Shown in pieces: positions 11,357 to 20,884 of a DNA stretch of 64,000 nucleotides; position 1 is the first letter of the stretch, and each line of letters begins with the position of its first letter. The position numbers and the translations under genes were made by a program. This stretch comes from Acidimicrobiia bacterium. Lineage in GTDB: Bacteria; Actinomycetota; Acidimicrobiia; Spongiisociales; JAHEDJ01. The notes beneath the pieces are model-generated. The model did not search any database, was not told the origin of the DNA, and saw nothing but the letters and a program-made list of their open reading frames with translations. The stretch lies in contig DATIPS010000050.1 in assembly GCA_035471805.1 (NCBI GenBank), positions 9,244 to 73,243 on the forward strand. The letters are read 5' to 3'.

Positions 11357-14300
11357 TCAAGATTCACCGCAGCCGGCTTCGAGGGAGAACCGTTCGCACT
11401 CCTCGAGCGTCAACCCCCGGCTCAGCCGATCGATTGCACTGTGGAACAGCTCATCTTCGGGAACGATCAGCATCCGGGCAGATCCATCGGCTCCGGGCAC
11501 GACGAGCCGGGTGCCGTCGGCATTGAAGGAGATCGTTCCCGGTGAGGTCACCCCCGGGAGGCTCAGCAGTTCTGCACCGTCCGGGGTCCAGAGCCTGACC
11601 GAGTTGTCGAGGCTCGACGAAGCGAGCAGAGTGCCGTCCGGACTGAACTCGACGTCGAGCACTCCCCCCGTGTGACCGGTGAGGATCCGGATCTCGGTGA
11701 GCAGAACGTCTGCGTCTCTGTCGACCTGATAGAGGACGATCGTCCCGTCGGCTCCGGCTACCGCGAGCAACGCGCCGTCCGGACTGAATGCGTGGTCGAG
11801 CGCGGCCCCCTGGTTGTTGTCGAGGGTGAAGCGAGGCGCCATAGTGCCGGCTTCGAAAACGCTCACACCCTCGCCGATTGCATAGATGAGGTCCTCTGCC
11901 GGACCGAAGCCGACCGAGAAGACCCCTCGCCCGCTGAGGTCGATGGTGGCTGAAGCGGTTCCGGCTGCCACATCCCAGATCCGCACCGTACTGTCGAGGC
12001 TGCCGGTCAGCAGGACGTCACCCGCCGCGCTGAAGTCGACACCCCACACGCCGTCGCCGTGATCGGTCAGCACATGCAGCAACCGGCCGGTCCGAACCTC
12101 CCAGATCCGGGCCGTCGTGTCCTCGGCGGCAGTGGCCAGCAGCGCACCGTCGCCACTGAAGGCCGCCCCGAAGATCCGTCCCGTGTGGCCTTCCAGCCGA
12201 TGCAACAAGCGGGCGTCGGCCGTTCCCCACAGAATCCCGGACCCGTCCTCGGCACCGGTGAAGAGAACGCTGCCGTCTTCGCTGAGCCGGGCCACCGTCA
12301 TTGAAGCACCGTCATCGGCAAAGACGGCGTCCTCGCGGCTTCCGCGGCCGGACACCTCCCACACCCTGGACGTCTTGTCGCCGGAAGCGGTCGCCAGTCG
12401 TCTCCCGTCGGGACTCAGCCGCGCTGCCCCGATCCCGGCGCGGTGGCCGTAGAGAGTCAGCTCGAGCTCTCCTGTTGCGGCATTCCAGATTCGCGCCGTT
12501 CCGTCCTCGGCCGCCGTGACCAGCCTCCGGCCGTCTCGACTGATGTCGACACCACACACCGGGCCGGAGTGGCCCTGGATCGCCCTCATCTGCTCGCCCG
12601 TCACTGCATCCCACAGAACGGCAAGGCCGTCCTGTCCGCCGGTCATGAGCAGGGTCCCGTCCCGATCGAGAGCGACTGCGCAAACGCCGGCACCGTGGCC
12701 GGAAAGGCGCAGCAACTCGGTTCCGTCGACGGCGACGACGGCGGCGCCGCTCATATCGAGGGCGACGGCCAGCCTTCCGTCGGGAGCCATCGCCGCATCG
12801 GTGACGATGTCGTCGAACGAGTACGTCGCCAGAGGCTCGCCCCCGGCGGCAGACCAGAGACGAACGGTGCCGTCTACCGAGGTAGTCAGCACCTGCGAAC
12901 CGTCGGGACTGAAGCTCGCGCTGGTCAACCAGCCGCGGTGACCGGCCAGGGTCTGCAACTCGCGGCCGCTCGTCGCGTCCCAGAGACGAGCCGTCCGGTC
13001 CATCGAAGCCGACACGATCAGGCCTCCGGTCGGGTCGTAGGCGGCGTCGGTGGTCCGGCCGGTATGCCCTTCCAGCGTGATGAGTTCCTCTCCGGTGGCC
13101 GCATCCCAAACCGTCAACGTTCCTCGCGCCGGCCCGCCACCCATAACCGTGCCGGGATCGGCGGTCACGAGGCGAGTTCCGTCCGGACTGAGAGCTCCCG
13201 CCCCGCCGGGCACCGCCACCAGGACCCGGTCGGCGAGGAGGGCCCGGTGCAGCGCCTCGACCGTTTCCCGCAGCACCGGTTCGCCGGCCGCCTCCACCGT
13301 GCGCGCCGCTTCCAGTGCGAGGAGAACCGACAACTCGGGATCGGCCTCCAGGTTCCCGACCGCCTCGGCAGTGAGTGCCCTGGCGGTCGAGACGGCGAGG
13401 TTTCGCTCCGCCTGCCGGGTCTGGCTCCTCGCCACCACCGTCAGGGCGCCGGCGATCAACGTGGAGACTGCCAGGACGCCGACCAGGATCCGGAGCCGGC
13501 GAGCGGAGCGACGCTCGAGCACCAGTTCCCGCTGCCGGCGCTCCTGCTCGACCGCTTCGAGGGTCGCCCTGCGAGCCAGGCTGGCGTCGAGATAGGACCG
13601 TTCGCCGGCAGTGAGCGCAACGTCGGCGGCACCGGACCACATCTCATACTGGGCGAGACGGCTGCCGGACAGAAGGTAGCCGTCGTCGTTCCCGGACTCT
13701 CTCCACTCGGCGGCTGCCGCCGCCAGGCGGCGTCCGAGCCGGAGGTCCTCGCGAGCATCCCCGATCCAGTCACGCAGCCGGGGCCACTCCTCGATGAGGG
13801 CGTCGTGGCCGATGTCAACCGTCGGGGCGCGGGTGACTGGGTCGTGGTCGAGTGTGAGAAGCCTGCTCGCTGCGAACTTCTCGATGACCGTCTCGACGTC
13901 TCGCCGGTCCTCTATTCCGGTGAGTTCGGACCGGGCAACCCGCCGGCGGATGGTCCCGCCGCCGGATTCGGGCACCACCAGCCGCAGGAAGAGCTGGCGA
14001 GCGGTGGCCCGTCCGTCCGCGTCGAGGGACTGAAATGATTCCTCGGCGCGTCTGGCGAGAGCGCCCAGGACCCCGCCGATCTCCTGGTAGGAATCGGAGG
14101 TGAGCAGGGAGTCCGTCCGCCGGTCGAAGAGTTCGGTCATGGCGTACTGCAGCAGCGGCAGCGCCCCGGGCTGATCGGCCACGTCTGCAACGATCCGCAC
14201 GTCCAGTTCCGGCTCGACTGCCACCCCGGAACGCGCCGCCGGACCGGATATGGCCTGTTCCAGCTCTTCGGGTGTCATCGGGTAGACGGTCTCCATGCAA

Positions 14301-16393
14301 CGGCTGAAGATCCCCGCCAGTGCGGGATTCTCCAGAGGCCGGTCGTAGAAGTCGGCCCGCATGGTGATCACGACGTGCAGTTGTCCGTTCGGCTCTGTGC
14401 AGGCGACGAGGAGGCTCTCGATGAACCGGTCACGGTCCGCCCTTCCGGCCCGCGTGAAGAGATCCTCGAACTGGTCGACCACCAGCACCAGTTCGACTCC
14501 GGGACCCGGCAGAACGCGACGGACCGCTCTGAGCAGTCCGCGCGAGTCTCCCTCCAGTTGCTCGAGCAGCGTGGCGGGCGGATTCACCGCCACCCTCAAC
14601 AGCGCGGTCTCCAACTCCTCGAACGGACTCGCCCCCGGGGACATCTCGGCTATGAACCACTGCTCGGATCCGGGAAGCTCTCCTCGCCGCAGGGCCGGTA
14701 CGAGCCCGGCCCGAACGACGCTCGACTTGCCGCTTCCGCTGGGTCCGACGATCGCCAGGAACCGCTCATCCCGTTCCGCCATCCGGGCCAGCAGGCTGCG
14801 CGTGAGGCTCCGGCGGCCGAAGAAGTCGGGGGCGTCTGCCTCCGTGAACGCCTTGAGTCCCTTGTAGGGGTTGGCGGCCGGGCGGGGAGCGCTGGGCGCG
14901 GCTGCGTCCGGACCGGAGCCGGCCGCAGCCCGGAACTCGGCCAGGAACTGCTCTACGTTCCGTCCCGCCGGATCGTCGAGAGCGCTCGTCAACGCTGCAA
15001 CGATCGCGGGACCCACCGACCCGGGGAGCAGAGGATGCCCTGCCGGATCCACCCGACTCCCGCCGAGGGCCTCGGAAACGAGACGGGCGAGGTCGGCCAG
15101 ATCGGCCGCCGCAGCCGACTCGTGCGGGACATCACCACGCGTTCCGTCCGTTGCGAGGCCGAACCTGCCCAGGTATGCGTTGCCTGCCCGATCGAGCAGC
15201 ACGGCAGCAGGGTCGAGGCGGCCGTGGGTCACTCCGCTCCGGTGAGCCACTGCCAGGGCGGGGGCGATCTGCCCGACCATTCGCAGCACGGACCGGGTCG
15301 TCCATGGTCCGGTCCGCAGCGCATCGGCCAGGGTTCCTCCCTCGTACCAGCGTGTGACGAGGCAAGCACTGCCGGGTTCTCGCCAGTAGTCGAGCAGCGG
15401 AACCAGGTGCGGGTGCTCGAGCCGGGCAACGGCGGCGGCCCTGGGCCCGAACGTGCGGACAAAACCGGCCTGGTCCGAGCGCGGGGCCCCGATCACCTCG
15501 ATCGTGACCTCCCGGCCGACCGCCGGGTGATACGCCCGGAACAGGCGCGTCTCGCCGTCGTCGAACAGCGTTTGTCTGAGCTCATAGCCGCGCACGGTTC
15601 GCCCGGGTTCGGGCAGCGCCGGCGACGGCACAGTCGTTTCGACCACCCCGCCGAGTTCCGGGTCCTGCTCGAGTATGCGCTGCTCGAGCCGTTGCAGTTC
15701 CGGCGACGGGTCTATTCCGAGTTCGTCGGCGAGGAGGCGCCGGGCCTTCTGGAAGGTCCTGAGTGCATCCCCCTGGCGGGCCGATCGGTAGAGAGCCAGC
15801 ATGAGCTGCTCCCAGAACCGCTCCCGGAACGGGTACTGGACGGTCAGGTTCTCCAGTTCGGGCACCATCGTCTGATGCCGGCCGAGAGCCAGATTGGCGT
15901 CGATGCGGAGTTCGACCGCGGTGAGGCGGAGCTCTTCGAGCCTCCCGGCCAGGTTTCGCAGCACGGCGGACTCGTCCGCCACATCGACGAGCGGGATTCC
16001 GTACCAGAGGCCGAGCGCATCGGTGAGGCGCCGGGCGGACTCGGCCGGGTCGCCGGCCAGCACGGCGCGAGCCTGCATGACCTGTGATTCGAAGTGCAGC
16101 GCGTCGACGTGGCGCGATTCGACTTCGAGCACGTAACCGGGTGGGCGGCCACGAAGCATCTCGCTGCCGACGTTGACTGCTTTGCGAAGGTTGGCGACAT
16201 AACTCTGAAGCGATTTACGAGCAGCTTCGGGCGGGACCTCTCCGTACAGCTCGTCGATGAGGAAGTCGGTGGACACGACCTTGTTCGCGTTCGCCAGCAG
16301 GAGCGCCAGAACGGTTCGCTGTCTCGGCCCGCCCAGCGTGATCTCCCGTCCGTCGTCCTCGACCATGAGTGGACCGAGCATCCGGAACTCCAT
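11357..16393 (-). CDS. Giant multidomain signalling protein: SARP-type wHTH+BTAD regulator, pseudokinase, P-loop STAND NTPase (nSTAND/NACHT-like), transmembrane helix and about 14 WD40 repeats.
   Basis: N-terminus MLGPLMVEDDGREITLGGPRQRTVLALLLANANKVVSTDFLIDELYGEVPPEAARKSLQSYVANLRKA... through ...RSARQGDALRTFQKARRLLADELGIDPSPELQRLEQ is an AfsR/DnrI-type wHTH+BTAD. The kinase-like region lacks the catalytic residues (VTIEV, no VAIK Lys; HGRLD for HRD; RFG for DFG). Walker A AIVGPSGSGKSSVVRAGLVPALRR. A hydrophobic helix LRILVGVLAVSTLIAGALTVV. The C-terminal about 680 aa is repeated ...TARLWDA.../...TVRLWS.../...TARIWN... WD40 units. Confidence 0.85.
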   Translation of the reverse strand: MEFRMLGPLMVEDDGREITLGGPRQRTVLALLLANANKVVSTDFLIDELYGEVPPEAARKSLQSYVANLRKAVNVGSEMLRGRPPGYVLEVESRHVDALHFESQVMQARAVLAGDPAESARRLTDALGLWYGIPLVDVADESAVLRNLAGRLEELRLTAVELRIDANLALGRHQTMVPELENLTVQYPFRERFWEQLMLALYRSARQGDALRTFQKARRLLADELGIDPSPELQRLEQRILEQDPELGGVVETTVPSPALPEPGRTVRGYELRQTLFDDGETRLFRAYHPAVGREVTIEVIGAPRSDQAGFVRTFGPRAAAVARLEHPHLVPLLDYWREPGSACLVTRWYEGGTLADALRTGPWTTRSVLRMVGQIAPALAVAHRSGVTHGRLDPAAVLLDRAGNAYLGRFGLATDGTRGDVPHESAAAADLADLARLVSEALGGSRVDPAGHPLLPGSVGPAIVAALTSALDDPAGRNVEQFLAEFRAAAGSGPDAAAPSAPRPAANPYKGLKAFTEADAPDFFGRRSLTRSLLARMAERDERFLAIVGPSGSGKSSVVRAGLVPALRRGELPGSEQWFIAEMSPGASPFEELETALLRVAVNPPATLLEQLEGDSRGLLRAVRRVLPGPGVELVLVVDQFEDLFTRAGRADRDRFIESLLVACTEPNGQLHVVITMRADFYDRPLENPALAGIFSRCMETVYPMTPEELEQAISGPAARSGVAVEPELDVRIVADVADQPGALPLLQYAMTELFDRRTDSLLTSDSYQEIGGVLGALARRAEESFQSLDADGRATARQLFLRLVVPESGGGTIRRRVARSELTGIEDRRDVETVIEKFAASRLLTLDHDPVTRAPTVDIGHDALIEEWPRLRDWIGDAREDLRLGRRLAAAAAEWRESGNDDGYLLSGSRLAQYEMWSGAADVALTAGERSYLDASLARRATLEAVEQERRQRELVLERRSARRLRILVGVLAVSTLIAGALTVVARSQTRQAERNLAVSTARALTAEAVGNLEADPELSVLLALEAARTVEAAGEPVLRETVEALHRALLADRVLVAVPGGAGALSPDGTRLVTADPGTVMGGGPARGTLTVWDAATGEELITLEGHTGRTTDAAYDPTGGLIVSASMDRTARLWDATSGRELQTLAGHRGWLTSASFSPDGSQVLTTSVDGTVRLWSAAGGEPLATYSFDDIVTDAAMAPDGRLAVALDMSGAAVVAVDGTELLRLSGHGAGVCAVALDRDGTLLMTGGQDGLAVLWDAVTGEQMRAIQGHSGPVCGVDISRDGRRLVTAAEDGTARIWNAATGELELTLYGHRAGIGAARLSPDGRRLATASGDKTSRVWEVSGRGSREDAVFADDGASMTVARLSEDGSVLFTGAEDGSGILWGTADARLLHRLEGHTGRIFGAAFSGDGALLATAAEDTTARIWEVRTGRLLHVLTDHGDGVWGVDFSAAGDVLLTGSLDSTVRIWDVAAGTASATIDLSGRGVFSVGFGPAEDLIYAIGEGVSVFEAGTMAPRFTLDNNQGAALDHAFSPDGALLAVAGADGTIVLYQVDRDADVLLTEIRILTGHTGGVLDVEFSPDGTLLASSSLDNSVRLWTPDGAELLSLPGVTSPGTISFNADGTRLVVPGADGSARMLIVPEDELFHSAIDRLSRGLTLEECERFSLEAGCGES

Positions 16394-16511
16394 GCCGAAA
16401 CCCTACGCGGTCGATGCCGGCTGCGTTGAACTCACAGCCCCGCGACAGCCCGACCACAGCCGGCAGCCCGGACGATGGATTCAGGACATTGACCAGAGAA
16501 AGGAACCGGCG

Positions 16512-16697
16512 ATGTACCTCCTTGACTACACCACCGCCCGGGTGCTGATGGAAGCGAGGCTGCTCGAGGCCGAACTCGCCCGGCGCGCGAAGGGAGTTGG
16601 AGCCTCAGGGTCCGAAACGAACTCCCGTCGGGTCCCGGCTGTGCGGTCCGCTCCGGCGTTCCGGCCGCCTATTCACACGGCCGGGGAGTCCCGCTGA
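16512..16697 (+). CDS. Candidate small ORF (61 aa) translationally coupled to the downstream ABC ATPase.
   Basis: ATG at 16512 preceded by AGAAAGGAACC. Its stop TGA (16695-16697) overlaps the ATG of the ABC ATPase (TGATGATG). No recognisable domain. A high-GC frame artefact is not excluded. Confidence 0.3.
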   Translation: MYLLDYTTARVLMEARLLEAELARRAKGVGASGSETNSRRVPAVRSAPAFRPPIHTAGESR

Positions 16698-17437
16698 TGA
16701 TGCGACTGCATGCACCCGGGACAACACGGCCGGCCGGCGCCGGGCCCGTGAAAGGCAGCGGAATCCGGCTGTCGGCCGTCGAGAAGACCTACCGGACCGG
16801 CAGGGTGGAGCACCAGGCGCTGCGCGGGGTGGACCTCGCAGTCGCCGAGGGTGAACTGGTGGCGATCGTCGGTCCGTCGGGAAGCGGCAAATCGACGATT
16901 CTCAATATCATCACGGGAATCGATCGCCCCACCGGCGGATCGGTCACCGTGGCCGGTGAACGGATAGATCAGATGACGGAGGAGGATCTGGCCGGCTGGC
17001 GAAGTGCCAATGTGGGCATCGTGTTCCAGTTCTTTCAGCTGATACCGGTGCTGACCGCCCTCGAAAACGCTCTGCTGCCCATGGAGTTCAACGGCCGGCG
17101 AAAAGAGCCGGGACACGCCAATCGGGCCGCCGGCAACCTCGAGCTGGTGGGCCTGGGTGATCGCCTCGACCATCTTCCGGCCGAGCTCTCCGGCGGCGAG
17201 CAGCAGCGGGTAGCCATCGCCCGGGCACTCGCCAACCATCCGCGGCTGCTGGTTGCCGACGAACCGACCGGCAACCTGGACTCGGCCACAGCCGAGCACA
17301 TGATGGAACTTCTCGTGGCCCTGAACCGGGACGGCACCACCATCGTCTTCGTGACCCATGATGAGCGGCTCGCCGGATACGCCCATCGGGTGGTGTCCGT
17401 CCGGGACGGGCGGGTGGTCGATCGCGGAGGTTTGTGA
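16697..17437 (+). CDS. ABC transporter ATP-binding protein (MacB/LolD/FtsE-like).
   Basis: Walker A GPSGSGKST, Q-loop, signature LSGGEQQRVAIARAL, Walker B LLVADEPTGNLD, H-loop VTHD. The exact start is uncertain: ATG at 16697/16700, or a GTG near 16748. Confidence 0.9.
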   Translation: MMRLHAPGTTRPAGAGPVKGSGIRLSAVEKTYRTGRVEHQALRGVDLAVAEGELVAIVGPSGSGKSTILNIITGIDRPTGGSVTVAGERIDQMTEEDLAGWRSANVGIVFQFFQLIPVLTALENALLPMEFNGRRKEPGHANRAAGNLELVGLGDRLDHLPAELSGGEQQRVAIARALANHPRLLVADEPTGNLDSATAEHMMELLVALNRDGTTIVFVTHDERLAGYAHRVVSVRDGRVVDRGGL

Positions 17438-19848
17438 TGCCCTCGACGCTGACCAGGAAAGCATTTCGTGACCTGAGGCAACACCCGCTCCGCTCGAGCT
17501 TCACGATCATCACGATCGCCGCCGCAGTTGCAGCGGTGTGGACTCTGGCCGCGCCGCGCGCCCTGGACACGGCGATGGGACACCGGCGCGATATCGACAT
17601 CGCCCACCACATCCGCCTATCGCCACAGAACCTCTGGTACTCCGGGGATGGGGCGGAGCCGCCTCCCGCCGAAGCCGAGATAACGCCTGCACAACTGGAA
17701 GGTCTCGCAGCCCTATCCAACGTGGCGGCGGTCGACAGCCGTCCGGTCTGGCAAACCATGGCCCGTGTAGAGGGTCGGGAACATCAGGTCTGGCTGGTCG
17801 GCGTCGATGACTTCACCGATCAACCCGTCAACGTTGTCGCCGTGGAGACGGGCAGTTTGCCGGCCGCCGACGGCCTCGAGGCCATCCTGGACGCAGCCAC
17901 CGTCAGGTCGAACCGCCTGCAGCTCACGGCGGGGGCCGGCGTCGAGATTCGTGCCGGAAACGCCGAGTTCTACCCCTTCACCGTCTCGGGCGTCGGCGGT
18001 ACCACCGGCTTCAACCCTCATCCGGAGGACGAATCCCCCGTCTTCTACGTATCTTCCGACATCGTCCGCCTCTTCCTGGCAGCCGAAGGATTCAACTCGA
18101 TCGAGATACGGCTGGCCGACGCCAACCTGGCCGACGCCACCCTCAAAGACGTCAATGCCTACCTTGCCCGGGTAGCCCCGGAAGCCGCCTACTGGCGACT
18201 GTCCGAGACGGTCAGACCCGGTTCCTGGGCAGGTCACGAGCAGCTCGATCGTCTGCTCCCGCTCCTCTACGTACTGGCCGCAGTCGCCACCGGATCGGCT
18301 TTGATCCTCATCTCCACGACCATGAACACGATCGTGCGCGGGCAGGCACGCGAGATCGGCATCATGAAGGCCCTCGGCGCATCGCGCCGGGCGATACGCG
18401 GAAGCTACCTGAGGTCGGCAATGCTGCTGGGCGGCGCGGGAGCGGCGCTCGGCACAGCCGTCGGCCTGCCGGTCGAATGGGCTCTGGGCGCCTACGCCCA
18501 GGAGAACCTCCTCGGTATCGAAGCGACCTGGAGATTCGACCTCCCCGTCGCGCTGGCCGCCATAGTGGTCGGACTGACCGCCACCACGCTCGCCGCGCTG
18601 CCGGCGATGCGTCGCGCTGTGAAACTCTCCGTGCACGAGGCCCTCACCGATCACGGCACGGGGAACCGGTTCGGGCGGAGCGCCCTCGACGGAGCGGCCG
18701 CCGGTATTCCGTTCCTTGGAAGCATGGCCCGGATAGGGGTTCGCAACGTCGCCCGCCGGAAGGCCCGCAGCCTCTCGGCGGTCGCACAGGTGGCACTCGG
18801 AATCGGTGCGGCGATCGGGTTCGGGGCATTTGCGCTGACGGGCGTTTCGCTCTCCAGCGAGACGCTCGCCCGGGAAGGCAGCGACATCACGGTGTACGGG
18901 GAGATGCGCATTCTCGACCCCGAAGCCGCCGGGGCAATCACCGGCCTGTCCGGGGTGGCCGCCGTGCAACCGACGGTGGACGCCAGGGCCCGGTACGACG
19001 GAGGAGAACTGACAGTACGGGGACTTCCGGTCGACCCGATCTACGATCCGATCCTCACCTCCGGCCGCTGGTTCACCGCCGACGAGGTCGACGGCTCCGC
19101 ACTGGTCGGCGTCGTCGGAGCTCCAATCGCCGACATCACTGGTACCGGCATCGGGGACGCGCTCGAGATCAGCACCGGGACCGGCATTCGTTCCGTCGAG
19201 ATCATCGGTATCGACGGCGGACTGGTTCAGGACGGCAAGTTCCTCTGGATGCCGATGACGACGGTGCTCGCCATCGAGGAGCTACCCGCCCCGCCGGTCT
19301 ACTGGGTCGAGACCACCTCGCCGGAACCGGAGGTCGTCGATCGGGTGGCGGCCGAGATCAGCGTCCTGCTCCGGCAGCCGGGAAACCCGATCACGGTCCG
19401 CCCCCGCTACGCGGACCTCGAAGCGGCACGACGGGAAGACAGAATCGTCGGAGGCGTCATCCAGTTGTTCGCCTTGCCCATCCTCGCCGTCGGAATGATC
19501 GGCCTGGTGAGTGCCATGACTACCAACGTGCTCGAACGGACCCGGGAAGTCGGGGTTCTCCGCGGCCTCGGGGCCCGCTCACGGGACCTGCGCCGCATGT
19601 TCAGAGCAGAGGGCGTGACAATATCGGTCGGCGGGTGGTTGGTCGGAATCCCGATCGGCTACGGACTGGCCGAGCTCATAGTCTGGATGTTCGGACGGGC
19701 GCTCCACGCTCCTCTCGACCTCCTCTTCCCGGTATGGCTGCCGTTCGCCGCTCTGCTGGGCGTGATCGTGGTGGCGAGACTCGCGTTGCGGCCACCGTTG
19801 CGGAGGGCCGTCCGCATGCAGCCCGGCCTGGCGATCCGCTATGAGTGA
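17434..19848 (+). CDS. ABC transporter permease with duplicated FtsX/MacB-type domains (804 aa).
   Basis: Start overlaps the ATPase stop (GTGATG). Two repeats of a periplasmic region followed by a 4-TM FtsX-like domain (GIMKALGASRRAIRGSYL... / GVLRGLGARSRDLRRMF...). Confidence 0.9.
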   Translation: MMPSTLTRKAFRDLRQHPLRSSFTIITIAAAVAAVWTLAAPRALDTAMGHRRDIDIAHHIRLSPQNLWYSGDGAEPPPAEAEITPAQLEGLAALSNVAAVDSRPVWQTMARVEGREHQVWLVGVDDFTDQPVNVVAVETGSLPAADGLEAILDAATVRSNRLQLTAGAGVEIRAGNAEFYPFTVSGVGGTTGFNPHPEDESPVFYVSSDIVRLFLAAEGFNSIEIRLADANLADATLKDVNAYLARVAPEAAYWRLSETVRPGSWAGHEQLDRLLPLLYVLAAVATGSALILISTTMNTIVRGQAREIGIMKALGASRRAIRGSYLRSAMLLGGAGAALGTAVGLPVEWALGAYAQENLLGIEATWRFDLPVALAAIVVGLTATTLAALPAMRRAVKLSVHEALTDHGTGNRFGRSALDGAAAGIPFLGSMARIGVRNVARRKARSLSAVAQVALGIGAAIGFGAFALTGVSLSSETLAREGSDITVYGEMRILDPEAAGAITGLSGVAAVQPTVDARARYDGGELTVRGLPVDPIYDPILTSGRWFTADEVDGSALVGVVGAPIADITGTGIGDALEISTGTGIRSVEIIGIDGGLVQDGKFLWMPMTTVLAIEELPAPPVYWVETTSPEPEVVDRVAAEISVLLRQPGNPITVRPRYADLEAARREDRIVGGVIQLFALPILAVGMIGLVSAMTTNVLERTREVGVLRGLGARSRDLRRMFRAEGVTISVGGWLVGIPIGYGLAELIVWMFGRALHAPLDLLFPVWLPFAALLGVIVVARLALRPPLRRAVRMQPGLAIRYE

Positions 19849-19925
19849 ACCGGACGGCCGCATGCGTCATCCGCCGTCGGAGCAGAGCAGGTCGCTCCAC
19901 CGGAGCCCTCCGACGCGGCCCGGGT

Positions 19926-20630
19926 CTAGTACGAATAGCGGACGCCGGTTACCCGGATACGGATGTACTCGAGGTCGCCGTCCTCGAGGGCCCACACGGC
20001 ACAACCTCGAGACGGGAGTTCGATACCGTCGAAGACGGCGTGTTCGGTCAGCGGCGTGGACCACCGCGCCATCTCGAATCCCGACTCCACGGAACGGTAA
20101 CGATCGGCCCGGAAGTCGACCAGGTGCCCGTCGTGGTCGAACCGGAACTCGGCCCCCACCGTCAGGTCGCCCACCCGTACCGATCCGAGCGCAGACGTCT
20201 CGTCGATAGGCTCCCAGGAGATCACGTCGGTCGCCCACACCGCCGGAAACCACATGGTCTCGTTCAACCACCGCACGACGACACCCTGGTCCATCTCCAA
20301 TCCGGTCGCATCCACCACGTTGAGCAAACCCAGCAAACGCACATGCATCCGGCCGTGCCCGGCGGCAAGCGAATCGGTTGCCCGACCCACGGTCAGACCA
20401 CCCAGCTTCAGTGCGGCTTTCCAGACGAATCCGGGCGGATCGAGGTCGTACTCCTCACGGGCGGTGAAGGAGATCCAACGGCTCTCACGCCCTTGCCGGA
20501 GTCTTCCCTCCTGCCACACGGTGGCGACGGTGGGTGTTTCCCGGCCGACGACCCCCGAACGGAGAAGGCAGCGCCGGACCGGGGCAGGCAGTTCCGCGAC
20601 GGCCTCTTCCAGCACTACGGGCATCACCAA
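19926..20630 (-). CDS. Hypothetical protein (234 aa).
   Basis: ORF with even codon usage and a GC-rich third position; no recognisable motif. Confidence 0.5.
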   Translation of the reverse strand: MVMPVVLEEAVAELPAPVRRCLLRSGVVGRETPTVATVWQEGRLRQGRESRWISFTAREEYDLDPPGFVWKAALKLGGLTVGRATDSLAAGHGRMHVRLLGLLNVVDATGLEMDQGVVVRWLNETMWFPAVWATDVISWEPIDETSALGSVRVGDLTVGAEFRFDHDGHLVDFRADRYRSVESGFEMARWSTPLTEHAVFDGIELPSRGCAVWALEDGDLEYIRIRVTGVRYSY

Positions 20631-20722
20631 CTCCTCGAACGACGAGAGTCACAGTGTGTCACAAGGAGTACGGGATGCGATCACACCGGCTGTGCCGATC
20701 GGTCCGGGATCGGTCTCGGCGG

Positions 20723-20797
<75 letters not shown>

Positions 20798-20884
20798 TTG
20801 TGTAAACCCAAAGGTAGTCGTACTCCGACGGATCGGAAAGCCGGTATAGGCTCTTGGCGCAGGATTTACGAGAAAGGCTCAGAC

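Noticed and set aside
12312-16087. Multiple 400-570-aa ORFs on both strands inside the giant STAND gene.
   Set aside because: They overlap a continuous 1678-aa frame that has recognisable domains throughout; the overlapping ORFs are Arg/Gly/Pro-rich artefacts.
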